DNA of 27,039 bases from an uncultured bacterium (lineage in GTDB: Bacteria > Bacteroidota > Bacteroidia > CAILMK01), in contig CBDTVD010000001.1 of the NCBI GenBank assembly GCA_965363965.1, positions 1 to 27,039 of the forward strand, in the 5' to 3' direction. Of this stretch, positions 8,703-16,742 are shown piece by piece; positions within the stretch are counted from its first letter, which is position 1, and each line of letters starts with the position of its first letter. Below the pieces are notes generated by a model. It did not search any database, was not told where the DNA came from, and worked only from the letters and a program-made list of their open reading frames with translations. A program made the translations under genes and the position numbers.

Positions 8703-9633
8703 AGCAGCCGACTGCCGCCGGATATGGATGGCAGTGCTTCTTACCCTAAGTCTGGCGGGCTGCAGGGGCACCGGCGAAAATGAGCAAGCCCAGTCAGACA
8801 CCTCGAGGAGCGGAGAAATTACCATAGCCGTTGACCCAAGCCTGAAGCCGGTGATTGATTCGCAGATAGATGTTTTTGAGTACACCTACCCAGGCACGAA
8901 AATCAATGTAAGGTACGTCGATGAGGGGAAAGCCTATTATTTATTTCGCCAGGACAGTGTCCGATTGGTGATTGGCACCAGGGGTCTTCGGGAAGATGAA
9001 AAGCAATTCTTCGACAAGAAAAGCTATCGCATCCGCATCAACACAGTGGCCAAAGATGCAGTGGCAGTAATTGCCAATCCTGAGAATCCGCTCAAAGAAT
9101 TCACCTATGACGGCTTCGGGCAATTGATCAAATCTGGCTCACCTGCTGTTTCAGCCATTGTTTTTGATGGCCAGGGTTCCAGCAGTTTTCGGCTGCTGAA
9201 AGAAATGTACGGCGTAAGCGAAATTCCCGCGCATTGGGCAGCACTCGATAGCAGCCCGGCAGTTGTCAGCTATGTTAAATCGCACCCCGCTGCCCTGGGA
9301 ATGATTGGGGTGGGGTGGATCAGTGATAAAGATGACCCCCGGCACCTTGATTTCCTCAACGGAATCAATGTAATCAAAATTCAGCGGCCCGATACGGCCA
9401 AAGATTTAACAGCTTATGGCCCCTATCAGGCCAACATGGCTTTCGGGTGGTACCCCCTCACACGTGTCATCCATGTCATTAGTAATGAGAACCGTACAGG
9501 GCTGGGCACAGGCTTTGTAACGTTTATGGCGGGCGACATCGGCCAAACCATTTTTCTGGGCGCCGGGCTTTATCCGGCAACCACCCCAATGAGATTGGTT
9601 GCGCCCCAAAAAAAGAAGAACATATATGAATAG
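8674..9633 (+). CDS. PstS-like (type 2 periplasmic binding protein fold) lipoprotein
   Basis: Lipobox LSLAGC; ITIAVDPSL, VAKDAVAVIANPENP, ALGMIGVGW, YPLTRVIHV and LGTGFVTFM are PBP2/PstS-like segments. Start uncertain (ATG 8674 or 8728). Confidence 0.78.
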   Translation: MKTRKIPAHKAADCRRIWMAVLLTLSLAGCRGTGENEQAQSDTSRSGEITIAVDPSLKPVIDSQIDVFEYTYPGTKINVRYVDEGKAYYLFRQDSVRLVIGTRGLREDEKQFFDKKSYRIRINTVAKDAVAVIANPENPLKEFTYDGFGQLIKSGSPAVSAIVFDGQGSSSFRLLKEMYGVSEIPAHWAALDSSPAVVSYVKSHPAALGMIGVGWISDKDDPRHLDFLNGINVIKIQRPDTAKDLTAYGPYQANMAFGWYPLTRVIHVISNENRTGLGTGFVTFMAGDIGQTIFLGAGLYPATTPMRLVAPQKKKNIYE

Positions 9634-11239
9634 CAACATACCGACCCCAGTTTTCCGCCGAGCGGCAATTGCAATGTTGATTTCCTGCTGCCTCAGCCTT
9701 AGCATCAGCGCCCAGACCCGTGAAGAGGGAATGCGCGCGGCAAAAAATCAGCAGTACACCAAAGCTGAAACCATATTTGCTGGCCTGGCTAAAGCAAACG
9801 CAATGAATGCGCCCAGCCAGATAGATCTGGCTGATTATTACCTCAGCAGAGGACAGGCCGACAAAGCTCAGCCGCTTTATGAAAAAGCAGCTTTGCTTGA
9901 CCCCAAGAATGCAAATGCACAGGTTGGCCTCGGAAAAGTAAAGATATTCAATGGCGATGTCAATGGTGCCCGCCCATATTTCGACCAGGCCCTGAAGCTG
10001 ACCAAGAATAAAGATGTAAATGTGATTGCCTCCATTGGCTCTGCCTTGGTGAATACTGAAAAAGGCCGAGACCTCAATTATGCCCAGCAGGTGCTCGGCT
10101 TAGGTATGGCTCGCGATCCAGGGAATGCCGCACTAAATGAGGCATTCGGAGATTTATATCTTGCCCAGGGCAAAGGGGGCGAGGCTGCCAGCGCATATGA
10201 GCGGGCAGGCAATGCATATGGCAACAATCCTGAGCCATGGCAAAAACTCGGAGTGCTTTATTATCAAGCGCTTAATTATAATGCATCACTGACAGCCCTG
10301 CAAAAAGGCGTCGCCGCCGATGCCACCTCAGCCAGCGCTCATAAAGAATTGGCTGAACTTTATTACAGAACTCAGCAGTACCCGAAAGCCATCGAAGAGT
10401 ATAAAGTCTATCTGGGGCTGATTGAGCGCAGTGTAGAGGACAACCAGCGATATGCCAGCTTCCTCTATCTGAATCAAAATTATCCTGAGGCGATTACCGA
10501 AATTGAAAAGGTATGGATGCGGGACAGCAGTGAGCCGATTTTGCTTCGCCTGCTTGGATACGCCTACTATGAGACAGAGGATTATGCCAAAAGCCGAATG
10601 GCAATGGATAAATACTTTGCCCGAATTTCACCTGATAAAATCATCGGTAAGGACTATGAATACTATGGCAAAGTGCTGGCAAAAACAGGCGAGGCTGGCA
10701 AAGGCATTGATTACCTGAACAAGGCAATTGCGAAAGACTCCAGCAATTTTGACCTGTACACTTCTTTGGCCGAAGCTTACATTGACCAAAAGGACTACGC
10801 AGCATCGGCAGGGGTATTCGACCGACTCATCAACAGGAAGGGAAAGGACGCCAGCGCTCAGGATTATTTCAATGCCGGACGAATGAGCTACTACGCAAAA
10901 AACTATGTGAAGGCTGACACCATGTTCGCCTTGGTTTCAGCAAAGGCACCCACTGCCCCACTCGGCTATTTGTGGCGCGCCAAGGCTGCGCAATTGCGTG
11001 ACCCGCAAAATGCAAAAGGACTCGCCAAGCCCCACTATGAAAAGTATATCGAGATTGCTGCGGCCGACCCTGAGAAGTACAAATCAGACCTGATTGACGC
11101 TTACAGTTACCTGGGAGCCTATAATTACCTTGTGGTGAAAGACAACGCACAGAGCAAGGTTTACTATCAGAAGGTGATTGCGCTGGACCCTGCCAACAAA
11201 CCCGCGAAAGATGCGCTGGAAGTGCTGGGAAAAAAGTAG
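9626..11239 (+). CDS. Exported tetratricopeptide-repeat protein
   Basis: Signal peptide ending ISA-Q; many TPR-like units (AQPLYEKAALLDPKN, YYQKVIALDPAN). ATG 9626 overlaps the upstream stop. Confidence 0.88.
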   Translation: MNSNIPTPVFRRAAIAMLISCCLSLSISAQTREEGMRAAKNQQYTKAETIFAGLAKANAMNAPSQIDLADYYLSRGQADKAQPLYEKAALLDPKNANAQVGLGKVKIFNGDVNGARPYFDQALKLTKNKDVNVIASIGSALVNTEKGRDLNYAQQVLGLGMARDPGNAALNEAFGDLYLAQGKGGEAASAYERAGNAYGNNPEPWQKLGVLYYQALNYNASLTALQKGVAADATSASAHKELAELYYRTQQYPKAIEEYKVYLGLIERSVEDNQRYASFLYLNQNYPEAITEIEKVWMRDSSEPILLRLLGYAYYETEDYAKSRMAMDKYFARISPDKIIGKDYEYYGKVLAKTGEAGKGIDYLNKAIAKDSSNFDLYTSLAEAYIDQKDYAASAGVFDRLINRKGKDASAQDYFNAGRMSYYAKNYVKADTMFALVSAKAPTAPLGYLWRAKAAQLRDPQNAKGLAKPHYEKYIEIAAADPEKYKSDLIDAYSYLGAYNYLVVKDNAQSKVYYQKVIALDPANKPAKDALEVLGKK

Positions 11240-11253
11240 AGCAAAGAGCTAAT

Positions 11254-11297
11254 AAAAGCCCCGTGCTGGATATTCCGGTACGGGGCTTTTGCTTTTT
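11254..11297. terminator. Bidirectional intrinsic terminator between the TPR gene and exbD3
   Basis: AAAAGCCCCGTGCTGGA-TAT-TCCGGTACGGGGCTTTT stem (two G-U pairs on + strand RNA) with A and T runs on both flanks. Confidence 0.85.
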
Positions 11298-11324
11298 CAG
11301 TTTCAGGGAAACTGTTTTATTTTT
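11298..11324 (+). terminator. Second hairpin plus U-tract in tandem
   Basis: CAGTTTC-AGG-GAAACTG followed by TTTTATTTTT, overlapping the exbD3 stop. Confidence 0.5.
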
Positions 11325-11715
11325 CAGGAGCTGTGGCAGCATACACCCTGAGGTTGAGTTTGCCTGCGATGTTCATCACTTTTACGATTTCATCCCATGG
11401 GGTTGTTTTATCGGCATTCATCAGCACCGACACATTCTCAGTTTCGCCGTTGGTGATTTCAGCCAGCCTGGCAGAAAGTGTTTCAATTGAAACGGGGGTT
11501 TTATTCACGTACATCTGCCCGCCTTCTGAGATGTTGACCACTACTGTTTTTCGCACAACTGCCTGATTTGTGGCCTTGGGCAAACTCATTTTGATGATGT
11601 TGGGGTTTATCAGGGTGCTGGTGATGAGGAAAAACAGCAGCAGGAAGAACATGATGTCATTCAGGCTGGCGGTGCTCACCTCGCTCACAGTCCGCGCTCT
11701 TCTTCTCAGGTTCAT
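11317..11715 (-). CDS. exbD: Biopolymer transport protein ExbD/TolR, copy 3
   Basis: SLNDIMFFLLLFFLITSTL motif; ADKTTPWDEIVKVM; ATGA overlap with the upstream exbB. Confidence 0.9.
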   Translation of the reverse strand: MNLRRRARTVSEVSTASLNDIMFFLLLFFLITSTLINPNIIKMSLPKATNQAVVRKTVVVNISEGGQMYVNKTPVSIETLSARLAEITNGETENVSVLMNADKTTPWDEIVKVMNIAGKLNLRVYAATAPEK

Positions 11716-12398
11716 GCTGCTGGGTCTTGCAAAGTATCAATAAAGCTGAGCGCAGTGGTTTCCATCTTATAAATTTCCCTATCCACCAGAATGGAGAGGT
11801 AATTGTGCCCGAGGTGAGCCAAAATGCCCACCCCCAGTCCAGCGGCACTGGTTATCAGTTTTTGATAAAGGCCTCCGGCAATGATATCCAGGTTGATGCT
11901 GTTGGCCAGGCTGATGTTATAAAAAATCTTGATTACCCCGATGATTGTACCCACAAAGCCCAGCATGGGTGCGATGCCAGCCACAATGGCCAGGATGGGC
12001 AGGTTGCGCTCGAGTTTGTAAACCTCAAGCCTGCCGGCGCTTTCCATCGCGCGCTCAATTTCATCAATGGGTTTGCCAAGAAGTTTAAGGCCCCTGTTTA
12101 GCATGGTACCTGCAGGTGTGTGGGTATTGTTTGCCAGCGTGCGTGCTGAATTGACATCGCCGCTGCGGATGAGGTTAGTCAACTGGCCCTGGAATCGGCT
12201 GGTTTCTTTGCCAGCGCGATTGAGTGTCATCAGCCGCTCGAAGAAAAAATACAGGGCCATCAAGAATAAAAGAACAATGGGAATCATTACCCAGCCGCCT
12301 TTTATCAGCAGTTCTATAAGGGATAATCCGCCAGGGTCAGAGGCGAGTGTTGGCCCCTGTGCGGTGAGGCTATCGGTTATTGCCTGAAGTAGGGTCAT
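11712..12398 (-). CDS. exbB: MotA/TolQ/ExbB proton channel protein, copy 2
   Basis: KGGWVMIPI, LERNLPILAIVAGIAPMLGFVGTIIGVI, GGLYQKLITSAAGL. Confidence 0.9.
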   Translation of the reverse strand: MTLLQAITDSLTAQGPTLASDPGGLSLIELLIKGGWVMIPIVLLFLMALYFFFERLMTLNRAGKETSRFQGQLTNLIRSGDVNSARTLANNTHTPAGTMLNRGLKLLGKPIDEIERAMESAGRLEVYKLERNLPILAIVAGIAPMLGFVGTIIGVIKIFYNISLANSINLDIIAGGLYQKLITSAAGLGVGILAHLGHNYLSILVDREIYKMETTALSFIDTLQDPAA

Positions 12399-12658
12399 TG
12401 GAATTTATGGATTCGCGAAATTGCAGCACGATTAAGGATATTGGCACCATGCGGCAATTATTCTTGATAACTTGCCTTTGCACAGGTGCCGATGATAACG
12501 ATACACACAATCCAAGCCATTCAGCCAGGCCAAATAAACTTTAGCAAGCAACCGTTTAATCATGCTGCAAACTGAAATCGGCCTTGCTCCTTTTTGGCGC
12601 AGTCCCTATGAAAATCATATGTAAGTGCTTGATTGTTTAGCCACTTACATGTGCATCG

Positions 12659-12742
12659 TGCCCAGGAGGAGACTCGAACTCCTATGCCGTTTCCAGCACC
12701 ACCCCCTCAAGATGGCGTGTCTACCAATTTCACCACCTGGGC
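12659..12742 (-). tRNA. tRNA-Leu(GAG)
   Basis: GCCCAGG/CCTGGGC acceptor stem, CCATC-TT-GAG-GG-GGTGG anticodon arm, long variable arm, GTTCGAGTC T-loop; CCA not encoded. Confidence 0.96.
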
Positions 12743-12828
12743 AATGCAATATGCTGCCACACATTCCTGAAAAAAGAACTTTCAGGGTGCGCTGTTGAGG
12801 AATAAAAAAAAGGATTCAACCTTATCAG

Positions 12829-12902
12829 TGATCCCGGTTGGACTCGAACCAACGACCAGCAGCTTAGAAGGCTGCTGCTCTATCCAACTGAGCTACGAGA
12901 CC
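12829..12902 (-). tRNA. tRNA-Arg(TCT)
   Basis: GGTCTCG/CGGGATC acceptor, AGCTCAGTTGGATAGAGC D-arm, GCAGC-CT-TCT-AA-GCTGC anticodon arm, GGTTCGAGTCC. Confidence 0.96.
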
Positions 12903-12970
12903 GCGGGAACAAAAAAATGAATCAATGGGATGAGGAAACTTACTTGAGTCTGATCCTGAAAAATGAAAAG

Positions 12971-13045
12971 TCGGGGTTGCAGGATTCGAACCTGCGACCC
13001 CCTGGTCCCAAACCAGGTGCGCTAGCCGGGCTGCGCCAAACCCCG
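12971..13045 (-). tRNA. tRNA-Pro(TGG)
   Basis: CGGGGTT/AACCCCG acceptor, CCTGG-TT-TGG-GA-CCAGG anticodon arm, GGTTCGAATCC. Confidence 0.96.
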
Positions 13046-13177
13046 ATATATATTAGATTTTTTATTCAGCTGAAATTATTGGGCCACAGGCCCAGTCAAC
13101 TGAAAAAAAGCAACTGTGTGCAGCATCAAATTAAAGAACTTTTTTTTTACTGCCGATGGGCAGGCCGTCAGCAAATG

Positions 13178-13267
13178 CGGAGAGAGAGGGATTCGAACCC
13201 TCGGAACCGCTTGTAGCAGTTCAACAGTTTAGCAAACTGTCCCTTTCGGCCACTCAGGCATCTCTCC
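13178..13267 (-). tRNA. tRNA-Ser(GCT)
   Basis: GGAGAGA/TCTCTCC acceptor, ACAGT-TT-GCT-AA-ACTGT anticodon arm, long variable arm, GGTTCGAATCC. Confidence 0.96.
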
Positions 13268-13318
13268 TTGCCCCTGCAATCCTCGGGCCCTCAGCCGGGC
13301 TCTTGATTTTGGGGACGG

Positions 13319-13352
13319 CAAAGGTAATACGCTCAAAGGCGAAATTGTCAAA
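13319..13352 (-). promoter_or_regulatory. Bacteroidota -33/-7 promoter for the tRNA cluster
   Basis: TACCTTTG (-7, 13319-13326) and TTTG (13349-13352), 22 nt apart, about 50 nt upstream of tRNA-Ser. Confidence 0.65.
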
Positions 13353-13401
13353 CCCCGATGAATGGATTATTCTGTACCACAGGCTTGCATGGCATGGGCC
13401 T

Positions 13402-13409
13402 TAAATTTG
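13402..13409 (+). promoter_or_regulatory. -7 element (TAAATTTG) for the peptide ABC operon
   Basis: Exact TAnnTTTG, 6 nt before ATG 13416 and 15 nt before ATG 13425. Confidence 0.55.
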
Positions 13410-13424
13410 TCTCCGATGAAAGGG

Positions 13425-15200
13425 ATGGTTAAGTACCTGATTCTGCTCTGCGCCAGCATGTCTGTCGGGTTGACGGGCTGCATTGAAAAGCGGAATTTAG
13501 ATGACAATGTGGTGATTTTTCAATTGACTGCACAGCCAGAAAGCATGCACCCCATAAACTATCAGTCAGCGATGGCCAGATATTTATTTGATTACACGCA
13601 GCGCAGCTTGGTGAGGAGCGAGATGCGCGATGGCAGAATTGTGCCGCATTTGCTGGCTGGTGATCCCGAAAGGGATGAAACGGGGCTGGCATATCAGTAC
13701 ACACTTTCAGGCAAGGCTAAGTGGGATGACGGCACACCTGTAACCGCCGAAGATGTCCTTTTTTCGCTCAAGGTTTCCAAATGCCCATTGACCGACAATG
13801 CCAGCCGGCGGTCGTTGTTTTTCAATCTCAAAAATGTGGTTCCATCAGCAACCGACCCCATGAAGTTCAGGGTTGAAATGAAGGCCCCCTATTACCTGAA
13901 TGACATTTTTTTTGATGAAATATACCTGATACAAAAGGCCCATTGGGACCCCAATGGTGTGCTTGACAAGTTTACGCTTGCCCAATTTGATTCAGAGAAT
14001 TTCAATGCCAGCAAGTATCCAGCACTGGGGAAATTTTTCGAAGCATTTAATGATGGCAGCAATGGACGAGACCCTGAAAAACTGGTGGGCCTGGGGCCAT
14101 ATCAACTGACAGAATGGAACACCGGGGTGAGCATGACATTTACGCGAAAGGAAAACTGGTGGGGCGCCGCAGACACATTTGTTTATGACAGGGCTTTTCC
14201 TGAGCGCATCATTGTAAAATTCATCAAGGATGATGCAGCCATTGCCCTTGCACTGAAGAAAGAAGCTATAGATGTAACCACCACCATCTCTACCAGTCAG
14301 CTTATAAAGCTCCAGAAAAAGGATTATTTCAATAAAAATTACACCTCAGGGTATGTTGACCAATTCGCATATAATTACTTTGGGATGAATGAAAAGCCAG
14401 AGCCTGGCCGGCCGCCCGTGTTTACCGATCAGCGCACCCGGCGCGCCATGGCCCATATTGTAAATGTTGATGAAATCATTCAGGTTATTGCACTGGGCAA
14501 AGCCGCCAGGTTAGCCAGCCCTGCATACCCATTTACTGAAGAAGCCAATAAGGCACTCCAACCAATTCCATATGACATTGAGAAAGCAAAACAACTTCTT
14601 TCAGAAGCTGGCTGGGTGGATACGGACGGAGACAACATCCGCGACAAAATGATCAATGGCATCAAAGTGCCTTTTAAATTTCAGCTCAGCTACATGTCGA
14701 GTCCCACAACCAAGGAGATTGTTTTGATGGTGAAAGATGACATGTATAAGGCTGGTGTCGACATGGTGCCAAACCCCATGGATTTTGCCATCTTTTATAA
14801 GAATGCCCAAAATCATAATTTCGATGCCATGTTTGGCTCGTGGAGCGGCAACCGCATTCCAGATGCCCCTGAACAGCTTTGGCACACCAAAAACTGGGCG
14901 AACAAAGGCTACAATTTCTGCGGTTTCGGCGATTCAAAATCCGACAAACTGATTGAGGATTATCAGGGTGAGGTGGATGCCGCGAAACGGAAAGTGCTGG
15001 GTGATGAACTGCAGCGGATGATTTATGAAGATCAGCCATACGTTTTCCTTTACACTGTCAAACGAAAAATAGCCATGCACAATCGCTTTACCAACCCGGG
15101 CATGTATGCCGACAAACCTGGAGTGATGCTGAATGCCATGCAGCTGATTATGCCCGATGGCAATAGCGGGTCGGCAGTAATCAGCCCTGTGGCTCGGTAA
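13425..15200 (+). CDS. ABC transporter substrate-binding lipoprotein, family 5 (OppA/DppA-like)
   Basis: Lipobox GLTGC; AKWDDGTPVTAEDVLFS family-5 signature, VGLGPYQL, RTRRAMAH, YDIEKAKQLLSEAGW. Start at 13425 or 13416. Confidence 0.92.
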   Translation: MVKYLILLCASMSVGLTGCIEKRNLDDNVVIFQLTAQPESMHPINYQSAMARYLFDYTQRSLVRSEMRDGRIVPHLLAGDPERDETGLAYQYTLSGKAKWDDGTPVTAEDVLFSLKVSKCPLTDNASRRSLFFNLKNVVPSATDPMKFRVEMKAPYYLNDIFFDEIYLIQKAHWDPNGVLDKFTLAQFDSENFNASKYPALGKFFEAFNDGSNGRDPEKLVGLGPYQLTEWNTGVSMTFTRKENWWGAADTFVYDRAFPERIIVKFIKDDAAIALALKKEAIDVTTTISTSQLIKLQKKDYFNKNYTSGYVDQFAYNYFGMNEKPEPGRPPVFTDQRTRRAMAHIVNVDEIIQVIALGKAARLASPAYPFTEEANKALQPIPYDIEKAKQLLSEAGWVDTDGDNIRDKMINGIKVPFKFQLSYMSSPTTKEIVLMVKDDMYKAGVDMVPNPMDFAIFYKNAQNHNFDAMFGSWSGNRIPDAPEQLWHTKNWANKGYNFCGFGDSKSDKLIEDYQGEVDAAKRKVLGDELQRMIYEDQPYVFLYTVKRKIAMHNRFTNPGMYADKPGVMLNAMQLIMPDGNSGSAVISPVAR

Positions 15201-15269
15201 TATTGCGGCATGGCCATATCGCATCTTTACCACTCAGGCATTCCTCTCCTCCGTTCAATCAGTTAATAA

Positions 15270-16742
15270 ATGCTTAGATATATCATCCGGCGGGTGCTGG
15301 TATTTGTGCCCACCTTGTTCATCATCAGCCTGCTGGCATTTGTCATCAGTGTCAATGCACCTGGCGATCCTGTCGAAAGGCTGCTGAATGCTGCCGATGA
15401 CCAGGGAGGGGCCGCAGGAAACCGCTCAGCCACTGAAAAACTGAAACAGGAAAAAAGAAGCGAACTCGGCCTCGACCTGCCTATTTTTTATTTCGGGCTG
15501 GGAACACTTGCTGATCCCGACACTTTGCATAAAGTGCCTGACAAAGCACATCAAACCATGCTGCTGAGGATGGCAAGAAAAACGGGAAATTGGCCAGCCA
15601 CTGCTGATTATTTCCATAGCCTGAATCAGGCCGCAGAGAAAACTTATCTGATTATACCTGACATCGGTGTGTCGGAGGCAGATGCCAACCAGCAGAATGA
15701 AGCCATCAACAGAATCAAGTTCGGCATTCTCGGTTTGATGGAAACGTCTAATGAAACGGTTATCGAAGCGCGTTTTGATACTCTAATGTCGGTGGCCAGC
15801 AGCCTGGCACTCACAGCCCCCATGGTGCCTTCGCTGCAAAATGGCAAGGCTAAATATCAGATTGTGATGGCCAACAAACACAAATGGCGCACCTACATTC
15901 CCACCATTCAATGGTTTGGATACAGAAACCAATACCATCGGTGGCTTTTTGGGACGGACGGCGAGGGCGGAGTCATTCGCGGTGATTTCGGGGTAAGCTA
16001 TCAAGACCAGCAGCCGATTCTGACGCGCATAGGTGAGCGATTGCAATGGAGTTTTTGGCTCACGGTGCTCTCGGTGTTTCTGGCCTACCTGATTAGTGTG
16101 CCTGTCGGCATTTATGCCGCTTATAAAAAGAACTCGGTTTTCGACCGCGCATCCAGTGTAATTCTTTTTGCGCTCTATTCCCTACCCAACTTTTTTGTGG
16201 GCACATTGCTATTGGTGCTTTTCGCCAACCCCGATATGCTGAACTGGTTCCCTGAAGGCGGTGTGGAAAATGCAGCCACATTTAACCAGGACTGGGGATT
16301 TTTTGCAAAACTTTTTCACCGTGCCCCTTATCTGGTGCTTCCCGTGATTGCCTATACCTACAGTTCCTTCGCCTTCATCAGCAGGCAAATGAGGGTGGGA
16401 ATGCTTGAAGTAATCAATCAGGATTATATCCGCACGGCCAGGGCAAAAGGCCTCGGCGAAAACAAAGTAATCTTGAAGCATGCGCTGAGAAACGGGCTAT
16501 TGCCCATCATCACGGTTTTTGCCAACATCTTCCCCTTGGCAATAGGCGGCAGCGTGATTATCGAGACCATATTTTCAATCCCAGGCATGGGCCTTGAAAT
16601 TTATCAAAGCATTTTGAATTACGACTATCCCATGATTGTGGCCGTGTTTACCATTTTCGGTGTGCTGACCCTGTTGGGGTACCTGGTGGCTGATATTCTG
16701 TATGCACTCGCTGACCCTCGAATTTCCTACGGCAAAAAATGA
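15270..16742 (+). CDS. ABC peptide transporter permease (OppB/DppB-like) with a large insertion
   Basis: MLRYIIRRVL, APGDP, GDFGVSY, EAA loop DYIRTARAKGL..VILKHALRN, SVIIETIFSIPGMG. Confidence 0.92.
   Translation: MLRYIIRRVLVFVPTLFIISLLAFVISVNAPGDPVERLLNAADDQGGAAGNRSATEKLKQEKRSELGLDLPIFYFGLGTLADPDTLHKVPDKAHQTMLLRMARKTGNWPATADYFHSLNQAAEKTYLIIPDIGVSEADANQQNEAINRIKFGILGLMETSNETVIEARFDTLMSVASSLALTAPMVPSLQNGKAKYQIVMANKHKWRTYIPTIQWFGYRNQYHRWLFGTDGEGGVIRGDFGVSYQDQQPILTRIGERLQWSFWLTVLSVFLAYLISVPVGIYAAYKKNSVFDRASSVILFALYSLPNFFVGTLLLVLFANPDMLNWFPEGGVENAATFNQDWGFFAKLFHRAPYLVLPVIAYTYSSFAFISRQMRVGMLEVINQDYIRTARAKGLGENKVILKHALRNGLLPIITVFANIFPLAIGGSVIIETIFSIPGMGLEIYQSILNYDYPMIVAVFTIFGVLTLLGYLVADILYALADPRISYGKK

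Noticed and set aside
12432-12563. 43-aa minus-strand ORF (MIKRLLAKVY...) upstream of exbB2
   Set aside because: No recognisable features or initiation signal; overlaps a hairpin better explained as non-coding.
12659-13267. Possible genomic island at the tRNA cluster
   Set aside because: No integrase, no duplicated tRNA 3' end, and flanking genes look like core chromosome.
12917-13404. ORFs 12917-13216 and 13156-13404 in the tRNA region
   Set aside because: They are read-throughs of the antisense strand of tRNA genes.
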